Source: Lachnospiraceae bacterium
Lineage (GTDB): Bacteria; Bacillota; Clostridia; Lachnospirales; Lachnospiraceae
Direction of reading: 5' to 3'
Assembly: GCA_045617945.1 (NCBI GenBank)
Contig: JAZLJS010000101.1
Coordinates: 11,529-75,528 of the forward strand
Length of the DNA: 64,000 nt
The notes beneath the pieces were generated by a model that ran no database searches, was not told the DNA's origin, and worked only from the letters and a program-made list of their open reading frames with translations. This document shows, piece after piece, positions 9,528 through 18,786 of this stretch; the stretch's first letter is position 1, and every line of letters begins with the position of its first letter. The translations under genes and the position numbers were made by a program.

Positions 9528-9887
9528 TACCGATAAGATTTGCAAAAACGCGATTTTTATCGGTACGTTTTTACTCGAAAATTGAGCTGCGTACCGATAA
9601 GATTTGCAAAAACGCGATTTTTATCGGTACGTTTTTACTAAAAAAACGGGTTGCGTACCGATAAGATTTTTAAAAACTCAATTTTTATCGGTACAATCAG
9701 TCTATAAATGACGTTTTTCATACCGATAAGATTCTTACAAACGCAATTCTTATCGGTACGTGCGTTCTAAAATGTCATATTTTATACTGATAAGATTTCC
9801 CAAAACCCATTTCTTATCGGTACTTGCACCTCAGAACGACAAATTTCATACCGATAAAATTCCCCAAACCGCGATTCTTATCGGTAC
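9528..9887. repeat. Array of six 39-bp palindromic elements on a 64-65 bp period
   Basis: TACCGATAAGATT-N13-AATCTTATCGGTAC-like units at 9528, 9592, 9656, 9721, 9785 and 9849. Copies 1 and 2 are identical. The arms are conserved and the centres diverge. The 25-26 bp spacers are partly related to each other. Confidence 0.9.
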
Positions 9888-9935
9888 AAGCCGGCCGAAT
9901 CCTCCTCGGCATTCCGCAAAGACCGAAATTTATGA

Positions 9936-9956
9936 CATAATTCATGATGAATTATG
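9936..9956. promoter_or_regulatory. Perfect 21-bp palindrome (operator-like)
   Basis: CATAATTCAT-g-ATGAATTATG lies between the palindrome array and the GTPase gene. Confidence 0.4.
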
Positions 9957-10046
9957 TTTCATTTCATATCGTGATTGTATTATTATGAAGTTGATGTGTG
10001 AGCACAGAACCGACAAAGCAGAAGTGACAGTAAAGAAGCAGCAGTA

Positions 10047-10127
10047 CAGAAGCAACAATATAGAGCCACAATTCAATAGCAATAGCACAGAAGCAACAGT
10101 GCAGAAGCAACAATACAGAGCCACAAT
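10047..10127. repeat. 26-bp direct repeat x 2 within a T-poor, CA/GA-rich leader
   Basis: CAGAAGCAACAATA(T/C)AGAGCCACAAT at 10047-10072 and 10102-10127. The roughly 130 nt before the ATG at 10160 contain very few T on the + strand. Confidence 0.8.
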
Positions 10128-10159
10128 ACAAATAGCAACAGTTAGGATATTACAGAGTT

Positions 10160-12103
10160 ATGCATAATTTATGTATCAGCCTTTTGGGTCATGTGGATGC
10201 CGGCAAAACGACTTTGACGGAGTCCTTATTGTATATAAGCGGTGCGATTCGCAAGCAGGGTCGTGTTGATAATAAAGATGCTTTTTTGGATACTTACGCG
10301 GTGGAGAAACAGCGCGGTATTACGGTGTTTTCAAAATGTGCCAGATTGATAGCTCCGAATGAGCGACAGTTAATTCTACTGGATACTCCGGGGCACGTTG
10401 ACTTCTCGGCGGAAGCCGAGCGTACGGCGGCTGTACTGGACGCAGCTGTGCTTATTTTGGGTGGAATGGATATGGTGACGGGCCATGCGATTCGATTATG
10501 GAAGTTGCTTCGCCAAAGTCATGTTCCCACGTTCATTTTCGTTAACAAATCGGATTTGGCAGGATTTGACTATGACGAAATCATGGACAGCATACACAGA
10601 AATTTGTCCGATGCGGCGGTGGATTTCGGCGGATGCTTGCGTTCGCCAAATCAGAATATAAGTATTCAGAATGAAAATGGTCGCAATATCGATGCGCAAC
10701 GTTTGGCGCAGCGTGATGAAGATGCGGCATCCTGCGACGAGACGTTAATGGAGATTTTCCTGGAAAAAGGGATGCTTTCTGATGAGGATTTGGCGGATGC
10801 GATACATCGGGAAGCGATTTTTCCGTGCTTTTGCGGAAGCGCTTTGAATAATGTCGGAACCGAAGAATTGCTGGAGGCATTACAAAGGTATGTTTCTCCA
10901 CGCAATACGCAGCTTCCCGGAGATATTGTCGGGGATGGATTTACGGGGCGTGTTGTGAAGATTTCATATGATGATAAGGGGAATCGTGAAACACATCTGA
11001 AGGTGATTTCGGGAACTCTTAAGGTGAAGAGCCTTCTTATGGGAGAGAAAGTCAATGAAGTCCGGTTATACAACGGAGCGAAGTATACGAATTGCGATAC
11101 CGTTTGCAGCGGAGATTTCTGTGCGATACTGGGGCCGACGATGACCAAGGCTTTTACGGATGGATTCTTTGCGCCCGTTATGTCGTACAGCGTGCATTCT
11201 TCTTCCTGCGCCGATCCGATGAAGCTGTTGGCGATTATGCGTCGTATTGAGGATATGCAGCCAGAAATTGCTCTTTCTTATAACAGTACAACAAAGGATA
11301 TGCAGGTGATGCTGATGGGTGTGATGCAAACGGAAGTTTTGCAGCATCTGGTGGCAGATTTGTATCATGAAAGCATTGAATTTGATGATCCGCGTATTGC
11401 GTACAGAGAAACAATTGCGCAGACTACGTTTGGCATCGGCCATTATGAGCCGCTTCGCCATTTTGCGGATGTGCATCTTCGCATGGATCCGATGCCGGTT
11501 GGAAGCGGCTTATCCTACGCGACGGAGATTTCCGAAGATGATTTGGCGGGTAATTGGCAACGATTGATTCTGACACATTTGAAGGAGAAGGAGCATGTCG
11601 GTGTGCTGACCGGCAGTCCGATTACCGATATGCAAATTACGCTGATTGACGGAAAGGCGCATTTAAAGCATACGGAGGGCGGCGACTTTCGCGAAGCGAC
11701 GTACCGTGCTGTGCGACAGGGCTTAATGAAGGCGGAAAGTCACTTGCTTGAGCCGATTTATGAGTATACACTTACTGTTCCAACGGAGTGCGTCGGGCGT
11801 GCAATTACAGACCTGCAATTGATGAAGGCAGAACATGATGTAACGGCTGATGCGCAGGGCAACAGTATAATCACAGGAAAATGTCCTGTTTCCGAAATGA
11901 ATGGATATGAGATTACAATGCAGTCCTATACAAAAGGCAGGGGACGGTTGGAGCTTGCGGTTGCGGGATATGCGCTGTGCCATAATGAAGAGGAAGTGAT
12001 TGCGCAATTCGGGTACGATCCTGAGAGAGATACACAGAACCCGGTTGATTCCGTATTTTGCTCGCACGGAGCCGGGCATATTGTGAAGTGGAATGAACTG
12101 TGA
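10160..12103 (+). CDS. Translational GTPase of the EF-G / Tet(M)-Tet(O) ribosomal-protection family (divergent)
   Basis: 647 aa. G1 [16 protein letters not shown], G3 DTPGHVDF, G4 NKSD. The N-terminus is collinear with my recollection of Tet(M) ([21 protein letters not shown]), and the length fits RPPs. Confidence 0.75.
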   Translation: [647 protein letters not shown]

Positions 12104-12165
12104 AACTTGCGCAAATTGCGATACACTCTTTAAAACAACGAAAAAGCGTGAGCCAATGAGAATAA

Positions 12166-12525
12166 TTATAAAAATTTGCTTAAATGCGTTTTGATGGTCT
12201 CGAATGTTTCGTCGGAAATGTCGTGCTCGATCTTACAGGCGTCTTTTTGCGCGATATCCTCGCTGACGCCAATTCGTATAAGGGCTTCGGTAAGCAGTTT
12301 GTGACGCTCATACATTTTCTCGGCTATATCCAGACCTTTATTGGTTAATAAAAGATACCCGTTTGCGTCGGTTTCAATGCAACCGTCGTTTTTGAGGATG
12401 CTGACCGCACGCGAAACAGAGGGCTTGGAAAAGCCCATATATTCAGCCACATCTATGGATCGCACATCACCCTTCTGGGATAGAATGTGAATCGTTTCGA
12501 GATACATTTCACCGGATTCTTTCAT
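12166..12525 (-). CDS. DtxR/MntR-family metal-dependent transcriptional regulator (short form)
   Basis: Winged-HTH region MYLETIHILSQKG..VRSIDVAEYMGFSKPSVSRAVSILKNDG. I chose the internal ATG at 12525 because the longer ORF (to 12741) runs into the AraC gene. Confidence 0.75.
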   Translation of the reverse strand: MKESGEMYLETIHILSQKGDVRSIDVAEYMGFSKPSVSRAVSILKNDGCIETDANGYLLLTNKGLDIAEKMYERHKLLTEALIRIGVSEDIAQKDACKIEHDISDETFETIKTHLSKFL

Positions 12526-12622
12526 ATATGTTTGTCTGCCTTCTATTATGCACGTTTTGGCGCCGGCGATAATTCCGGCATAGAATATCCTTTCTTCACC
12601 TGCGAAATTTGGAGTGCAATAA

Positions 12623-13501
12623 TTACTCCTTACGCTGGTACTGCAGCCGACGCTGCTTTGGCGTGATATTGCGGAATTTCTTGTATGTTTTGATAAAATG
12701 GGAACTGTCGGTAAATCCCATTTCCTGACTGATATAATCAAGCGGGTAGTCTGTAAACAGGAGCATGTCGTCCGCCTTGCAGATGCGGATAAACTCTATA
12801 TATTCTTTACATGTCTTGCCGTATATTTCGCGGAAACGTTTCGCAAAGTAGGAATAACTCATATTACACATCACGGCCAGATCTTCTACCAGAATATTAT
12901 CGCCGGAGTGCGCATCGATATATTCCGTAATGTTATCGATGTCGGCATCGGTATCTTTGGTGACCGGAGCAGTTTTGGGAGAAAATCCTTTGGCAGCCCA
13001 GACGCGCAACAAATGAACGATGATTGCGCAAATAAGCGAATGCACCTGTATATCGTAGCCGTACTCCTTGGAATTCAGTTCATTAATGCAGGCATTGAAG
13101 AAATAATCTATCGGTATTCCGGCAAGCTCGTCTGCATGGAAAATGGGGGATACCGCTGAAGAAGTACGAACGGTTTCCAAAATGGATGCAATTCTCGGCG
13201 TATAACTGCTGTTTACGGTAAGCATGTTGGCATCAAACTTAATTACATCATATTTGAGTGCAACATGTGTTGTTGCATATACGGAATGAACCACCTTCGG
13301 TGGAAAAATCAGGAGATCGCCTGTTTCTACAGAGTAACTGCGATCGTCATATTCCATCATTCCGCATCCTTCCGTTACATATATAATTTCTGCAAAGTAG
13401 TGCCAATGCGGCTTGATCGGTGCGCCAAGCATACGTATGTCCTGTTTGAACGCTTCGTACGGATTGTTAATCGCATCGCTGTTTTCAAAAAGAAAATGCA
13501 T
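12623..13501 (-). CDS. AraC family transcriptional regulator (cupin N-domain plus HTH)
   Basis: N-terminal cupin-like region (PHWHYFAEIIYV, GDLLIFPPKVVH). C-terminal AraC HTH (MSYSYFAKRFREIYG, GFTDSSHFIKTYKKF). Confidence 0.85.
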   Translation of the reverse strand: MHFLFENSDAINNPYEAFKQDIRMLGAPIKPHWHYFAEIIYVTEGCGMMEYDDRSYSVETGDLLIFPPKVVHSVYATTHVALKYDVIKFDANMLTVNSSYTPRIASILETVRTSSAVSPIFHADELAGIPIDYFFNACINELNSKEYGYDIQVHSLICAIIVHLLRVWAAKGFSPKTAPVTKDTDADIDNITEYIDAHSGDNILVEDLAVMCNMSYSYFAKRFREIYGKTCKEYIEFIRICKADDMLLFTDYPLDYISQEMGFTDSSHFIKTYKKFRNITPKQRRLQYQRKE

Positions 13502-13627
13502 TGTCTTATACCTCAGCTAATAGATTTTTACGATTTTTCCATATGAACATTATAGCACTAATTACGGCATAGTGATACATTAATGTTGTTTTTGAAGATA
13601 AATGTTATAAAAGTTGGTATTGACAGC

Positions 13628-13748
13628 GTAAGAAACAGTATATGAAGTTTCGTAAGAAACAGTGTTTGAAACAGTATATGAAGTTTCATAAGAAACAGTG
13701 TTTGAAATCGTATATGAAATTGCGTTGGAAATAGTGTATGAAATTGTC
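13628..13748. repeat. Degenerate tandem repeats (12-nt core, 24/36-bp higher order) in the AraC/GH divergent intergenic region
   Basis: GTAAGAAACAG-TGTTTGAAACAG-TATATGAAGTTTC blocks are repeated. The core GAAACAGT(A/G)T(A/T)TGAA occurs about six times. Confidence 0.8.
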
Positions 13749-13770
13749 TTAGATACAGCGGGAGAGCTAT

Positions 13771-14712
13771 ATGAGCAGATTATTGAATCATCCTATACAT
13801 GCTGTAACATTTGGTGCGTTTTGCCCGAATTCGAAATTGTCGTCAGAGGAAGCTCGTGAAAGTTTCCTGAAGTTAACGGCGAAAACAGGATGTAATACGA
13901 TTACACTTGTTCCTAATGGATTGCAGGAACGTGCGCAGAGTGAAACAATTCGATATGATATGAATGCTACATGCTCGGATGAGGAACTGGGGGCATTTAT
14001 TGACTTTGCACATGAAAACGGTGTGAGTGTTATCTTGAAACCAACCGTGAATTGCATGGACGGAACATGGAGAGCACATATTTGCTTTTTTGAAAGGGAT
14101 GTGCCGTGCGAACCGAAGTGGAGCAACTGGTTTGCTTCCTATACGGAATTTCAGATGCATTATGCGCGTATTGCCGAAGAACATGGATGCGAGATGTTTA
14201 TCCCGGGCTGTGAGATGGTGCAATCCGAGCATCGCGAGGCAGAGTGGCGTAAGCTTATTACGGATTTGAGGACGGTTTATTCCGGACCTATCGCATATAA
14301 TACGGATAAATATCAGGAAGATATGGTTACCTGGTGGGATGCGGTGGACTATATTGCTTCCAGCGGATATTATCCGATCGATGATTGGGATGAACAGCTT
14401 GCAAGAATTAAGGGTGTTGTCGAAAAGTTTAAGAAGCCGTTTTTCTTTGCTGAGATGGGATGTATGTCTACAGTCGGTTCTTCGAAGGTGCCGAATGATT
14501 GGAGTATGCAGGGCAAAGTTGATTTGCAGGAACAGAAACGGTGGTACGAAACCGCATTTTCGGCTATAGCAAAGGAAGAATGGATTGTCGGTACATGTTT
14601 GTGGGATTGGCCGATTCATCTTTATATGGCAGCAGAGGGTATGAGTGATAAATCATATTCCGTATATGCAAAACCGGCATGTGATGTTGTCGCGAAATAC
14701 TATAAGAAATGA
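13771..14712 (+). CDS. Intracellular clan GH-A (TIM-barrel) glycoside hydrolase, GH113/GH5-like (possible beta-mannanase/mannosidase)
   Basis: 313 aa with no signal peptide. Candidate catalytic Glu contexts are FIPGCEMV and FFFAEMGC. Overall resemblance to small GH113-type enzymes is from memory only. Confidence 0.5.
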   Translation: MSRLLNHPIHAVTFGAFCPNSKLSSEEARESFLKLTAKTGCNTITLVPNGLQERAQSETIRYDMNATCSDEELGAFIDFAHENGVSVILKPTVNCMDGTWRAHICFFERDVPCEPKWSNWFASYTEFQMHYARIAEEHGCEMFIPGCEMVQSEHREAEWRKLITDLRTVYSGPIAYNTDKYQEDMVTWWDAVDYIASSGYYPIDDWDEQLARIKGVVEKFKKPFFFAEMGCMSTVGSSKVPNDWSMQGKVDLQEQKRWYETAFSAIAKEEWIVGTCLWDWPIHLYMAAEGMSDKSYSVYAKPACDVVAKYYKK

Positions 14713-14744
14713 AGAGAATAGAATAACTCACACGTGCAGATTGA

Positions 14745-14781
14745 AGCTCACAGGATATTTCTTGTGAGCTTTTATTTTTTT
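14745..14781 (+). terminator. Rho-independent terminator
   Basis: AGCTCACAGG-atattt-CTTGTGAGCT followed by TTTATTTTTTT. Confidence 0.7.
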
Positions 14782-14931
14782 CCACAAATTTTTCACACAT
14801 TTTTTTTCTATTCGTGGTATAGTATATTACGTGTGGCCAAGACACAAGATGTTGTGATTAGGATACATATAGCGAGATAGCGATCTCGCATTCCATATTT
14901 CCCCTATATTAATTAAGAATGAGGTTCCCCC

Positions 14932-16746
14932 ATGCAGCAAGATGAGAAAAAATTGAAGAAAAATGAGAAGCTTTCGAAGGATGTGGTTGCAGAAACGGAA
15001 GCATCTTTAGTGGAAAATGCAGTTTCGGAAGACAATGATATTTCGGAAAACGATATTATTTCCGAAAATGATGCAATTCCTGAGAATGATGCAGTTTCGG
15101 AAGATAAAGCAGCTCTCCCGGTTTCGGAGAATAGAAAAGTTCGAAAAGAAAAGAGTGCAGAGCAGATTGAAAAAGATCGGAAGACCAAAGAACGTGAACG
15201 GGGTGTTAAAGCACAGAAACGTGCTTCCAAGTTTGTTCGTTTCCTAAAAAGGAGAAAAGGGCTTCTGATTTTTCTTGTGATAGTCCTTCTACTGTTCCTG
15301 GGGTATAAGTATGTGAATCGTAAATCACAGGAAGCGCTTGCGGCATTGACAACTCCCACGCAGGAAGTGGATTCGGTGCAGAAGATGGACCTTTCAAGTA
15401 GAATTGCGACAACGGGAACCATTATCAGCCCGGAGACCAGAACGCTTACGTCGGTACTGAACGGCAAAACAATCACTGCCGTAAATGCGGAAGTAGGCGA
15501 CAAGGTGTATGCGGGTGATATTCTTGTGACTTTTTCTACGGATGACATTAACCGTTCCATCAAGGAACTCGAGGAAGATATTGTAAAGAGTGCACAGCGC
15601 GATACGATTGACTCGCAGGATTACTCACGTGATTATGTTTATTCATACGGTACGCAGGCATATAATCTGTCCAAGGCAGCGGAGAGAGTGGACCAGGCGT
15701 TGAAGGATCTGTACAATGCGTGCGACGGATACGGCGATGCCAGAAGAGCCAAAGAGAAGTATCTGAATGAGGGCGGCGCCGATCAGATGACAATTGATAA
15801 TCTGGATGCGCAGATTTCGGCAGCATATGTGAAGGAAGAAGCGGCACAGACGGCATATGATTCGGCGGTTGCGGAACAGGCGGAAGCACTTCGTAATGCA
15901 ACCAACAGTATGTCGATGGCAGATTCTACTTTCCAGAAGAATACATTGAACGCGGGATCTTCAACAGAAGATTTGCAGCGTAAACTTGAAGAATATCAGG
16001 ATTCTCTTGCCGATTATGTTGTGACTTCTCCGATAGACGGTATTGTTACGGCAGTAAATGTGCAGGCTGAGAATGGTTTTGCCGGCGGCCAGCTGATGAC
16101 GATTCAGAACGTTGATTCATATGTGGTTACAACGGAAATTGATGAATATGATATTCCCGACGTGCAGGTGGGGCAGCAGGTAATTATCAAGACAGATGCG
16201 ACGCGTGATGATGAACTTGCCGGTACGGTATCGTTTGTATCGCCTACGGCAACCGTAGCGCAGGGAAGTAATGCTACTACATATCAGGTAAAGATTGATA
16301 TCGATACGATGGACAATCGTATTAAGCTCGGTATGTCGGCGAAGCTGAATATTATTACGGAACAGCATTTTGGCGTATTGGCGGTTCGCTATGACGCACT
16401 TGGTGAAGATCAGGATGGTAATCCGGTGATTTATATTCGCGATGAAAGCGCTGTTGATGCGACTGCTCCTCAGGCGGACGGACGTGGTGAATCCATTTCT
16501 GTTGTCAGTGTGGACGGACAGCAGGTAGGTGGTAAGAAACCGAAGAAGGATGCGACTGTGGATCCGTTAACACAGAAGATCCCTACCAAAGAGGTTCCGG
16601 TTCGTATCGGTGTAGTTGGTGATTATTATACTGAAGTTATTTCACCGGATATTTACGACGGGATGGAGATTATCGTTCCTGAGTCAGAGAAGACCAAGAG
16701 CCCGCTTGAACAGCTGATGGAGAGCCTTGGCGGCCCGGTTAGGTAA
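14932..16746 (+). CDS. Efflux transporter periplasmic adaptor (HlyD/MacA-like) with a long charged N-terminal extension
   Basis: TM helix LLIFLVIVLLLFLGY. Lipoyl/beta-barrel-type segments (YAGDILVTF, VTSPIDGIVTAVNV, VGQQVIIKTDA). The first 100 or so aa are SE(N/D)D repeats followed by a K/R-rich stretch. Confidence 0.8.
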   Translation: MQQDEKKLKKNEKLSKDVVAETEASLVENAVSEDNDISENDIISENDAIPENDAVSEDKAALPVSENRKVRKEKSAEQIEKDRKTKERERGVKAQKRASKFVRFLKRRKGLLIFLVIVLLLFLGYKYVNRKSQEALAALTTPTQEVDSVQKMDLSSRIATTGTIISPETRTLTSVLNGKTITAVNAEVGDKVYAGDILVTFSTDDINRSIKELEEDIVKSAQRDTIDSQDYSRDYVYSYGTQAYNLSKAAERVDQALKDLYNACDGYGDARRAKEKYLNEGGADQMTIDNLDAQISAAYVKEEAAQTAYDSAVAEQAEALRNATNSMSMADSTFQKNTLNAGSSTEDLQRKLEEYQDSLADYVVTSPIDGIVTAVNVQAENGFAGGQLMTIQNVDSYVVTTEIDEYDIPDVQVGQQVIIKTDATRDDELAGTVSFVSPTATVAQGSNATTYQVKIDIDTMDNRIKLGMSAKLNIITEQHFGVLAVRYDALGEDQDGNPVIYIRDESAVDATAPQADGRGESISVVSVDGQQVGGKKPKKDATVDPLTQKIPTKEVPVRIGVVGDYYTEVISPDIYDGMEIIVPESEKTKSPLEQLMESLGGPVR

Positions 16747-16761
16747 TAAAGGAGCGGGAAC

Positions 16762-17481
16762 ATGTCAGAAGGCAGAGTTATTATAGATATGCATAATATC
16801 GTGAAACGCTACTTTATCGGGCAACCGAATGAGCTTGAGGTGCTTCACGGAATAGATTTGAAAGTGCGCGAGGGCGAGTTTGTTGCAATTGTTGGGCAGT
16901 CCGGTTCCGGTAAATCAACACTTATGAATATGATTGGGGCACTGGACCTTCCGACGGAAGGCTCATATACGCTGGACGGTGTGGATATGTTTGATGCGAA
17001 TCAGGACGAACTTTCGGCGATTCGTTGTCGTAAGATTGGATTTGTATTTCAAACATATAATCTGGTGGCGCGTACATCGGCACTTCGGAACGTTGAACTT
17101 CCCATGCTGTATGCCAAGATGTCGAGACATCAGCGTAACATTCGTGCCAAACAACTTCTGGATATGATGGGTATGGGCGACCGTATGTATCATAAGTCGG
17201 ACGAGCTTTCGGGTGGACAGAAACAACGAGTTGCCATTGCACGTGCGATGGCTAATGATCCGGCTATTATTCTTGCGGATGAGCCGACAGGTGCGCTGGA
17301 CTCCGCTACAGGCAGATTGATTATGGATATCTTTCATAAACTTAACAAAGAACAGGGCAAGACGATTGTTCTGATCACACATTCCCCGGAATTGGCTGAG
17401 GAATGTGAGCGTATTCTGACGCTGAAAGACGGCATGATCACCGGAGAGAGAAAGGGGAGTGGTAAGCGTGTTACTTCTTGA
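16762..17481 (+). CDS. ABC transporter ATP-binding protein (MacB/LolD type)
   Basis: Walker [10 protein letters not shown], signature LSGGQKQR, Walker B ILADEPT. Confidence 0.9.
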   Translation: MSEGRVIIDMHNIVKRYFIGQPNELEVLHGIDLKVREGEFVAIVGQSGSGKSTLMNMIGALDLPTEGSYTLDGVDMFDANQDELSAIRCRKIGFVFQTYNLVARTSALRNVELPMLYAKMSRHQRNIRAKQLLDMMGMGDRMYHKSDELSGGQKQRVAIARAMANDPAIILADEPTGALDSATGRLIMDIFHKLNKEQGKTIVLITHSPELAEECERILTLKDGMITGERKGSGKRVTS

Positions 17482-18748
17482 GAATATTGCACTGGCTATT
17501 TCATCTCTCCTGTCAAACAAGATGCGTGCTTTGCTGACGATGCTTGGAATTATTATCGGTATCGCTTCGGTTATTGCAATAGAAACGGTCGGTAATTCTC
17601 TGACCAATTCCTTTACATCAGAGATGGATTCCATGGGCGCCAACAATATTACTGTCGGCATACAATACAAACCTACAGAGGAAGAAACAACCGACTCGGG
17701 TATGACTTTTAGGGGACCCGAGAGGCAACGTGCAGCAACGGAAGATGATTTGGTAACGGATGAAATGCTGATGGACTACATTACGGAATTCCGTGACGAT
17801 ATACAGGACGTTTCCATATCGTCGAATTTGGGAAACGGCGAGGTTACGGTAGGCAATCATTCTGCCAAGGTCAGCGTAGTCGGCGGCAATCAGGGGTATT
17901 TTGCCGATGCCGATCTTACGATACTTGCAGGACACGAATTGGATGAAAAGGCATTTCGTGAGGGTAAAGGTGTATGCCTTGTGTCGGATTATCTGGTTGA
18001 TAAGCTTTACAAAGGTGAGAAAGAGAAGGCCTTGGGCGAAACCGTGGAAGCGGTTATCGGCAACAAATTCTATTCTTATACGATCGTCGGAGTCTATGAG
18101 TATGTAAGCAATGGGTTTAGTATGGAGTCGAGCGACAACAGAACGACAGATTTGTATACAGCCGTGAAATCAATTCAGAACAAGACACATGTGAAGGGCT
18201 ATGCTTCTTTTACCGTTATGATAGAAAACGGCGTGGATACGGATGATTTTATGAAGCGTACAGAGACATTCTTTGATAAATATTATCATCAGAATGACTA
18301 TTTTAAGATTTCCTGTTCTTCAATGAAGTCCCTAATCGGTTCGCTAACGGACATGCTGGATAAGATTTCTCTCGCGATTTCTATTATTGCAGGAATTTCG
18401 CTTTTGGTAGGCGGTATCGGTGTAATGAACATTATGCTGGTGTCCATTTCCGAGCGTACCCGTGAGATTGGTACCCGAAAAGCGCTTGGAGCAACAAACG
18501 CATCCATCCGCACGCAGTTTATCGTTGAATCCGTTGTGATGTGTTTAATTGGTGGCGTTTTCGGAATTATCGTAGGAGTGTTGGGCGGTTCATTTGGCGC
18601 GGAGAAGCTGGGTTATGCGGCAGCACCTTCCGTAAAGTCAATCGTAGTGTCGGTTCTGTTCTCCCTGTTTATCGGTGTATTCTTTGGGTTCTATCCGGCG
18701 AATAAGGCCGCTAAGATGAATCCGATTGATGCATTGAGATATGAGTAG
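17459..18748 (+). CDS. ABC transporter permease, FtsX/MacB family
   Basis: [31 protein letters not shown]-terminus, large extracytoplasmic loop, C-terminal FtsX helices (REIGTRKALGA). The start is uncertain; GTG at 17468 is equally plausible. Confidence 0.85.
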   Translation: MVSVLLLENIALAISSLLSNKMRALLTMLGIIIGIASVIAIETVGNSLTNSFTSEMDSMGANNITVGIQYKPTEEETTDSGMTFRGPERQRAATEDDLVTDEMLMDYITEFRDDIQDVSISSNLGNGEVTVGNHSAKVSVVGGNQGYFADADLTILAGHELDEKAFREGKGVCLVSDYLVDKLYKGEKEKALGETVEAVIGNKFYSYTIVGVYEYVSNGFSMESSDNRTTDLYTAVKSIQNKTHVKGYASFTVMIENGVDTDDFMKRTETFFDKYYHQNDYFKISCSSMKSLIGSLTDMLDKISLAISIIAGISLLVGGIGVMNIMLVSISERTREIGTRKALGATNASIRTQFIVESVVMCLIGGVFGIIVGVLGGSFGAEKLGYAAAPSVKSIVVSVLFSLFIGVFFGFYPANKAAKMNPIDALRYE

Positions 18749-18786
18749 GCTTAGAGGTTCATTAAATAATTGCATATAAATAGAAT

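Noticed and set aside
9528-9887. CRISPR array (six 39-bp repeats with 25-26 bp spacers)
   Set aside because: The repeats differ from each other in their centres while only the palindromic arms are conserved. Spacers 1 and 2 are clearly related to each other. The spacers are very short, and no cas gene or leader is recognisable in the window. It is better described as a diverged 64-bp tandem repeat.
9443-10167. ORFs 9443-9664 and 9760-10167 as protein-coding genes
   Set aside because: Both run through the palindrome array and the low-complexity CA-rich tract. Their translations merely echo the DNA repeats (IPIRFAKTRFLSV / RTDKICKNAIFIGT). No RBS or recognisable domain is present.
10160-12103. 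Calling the GTPase a bona fide tetracycline-resistance determinant tet(M/O/W)
   Set aside because: Only the GTPase core and overall length match from memory, and the rest is strongly diverged. Without a search or phylogeny it cannot be told apart from non-resistance EF-G-like paralogues.
12526-12741. Long N-terminal extension of the DtxR/MntR-type regulator (ORF 12166-12741)
   Set aside because: The extension overlaps the 3' end of the AraC gene in another frame and has no regulator-like sequence. The family-typical N-terminus starts at the internal ATG at 12525.
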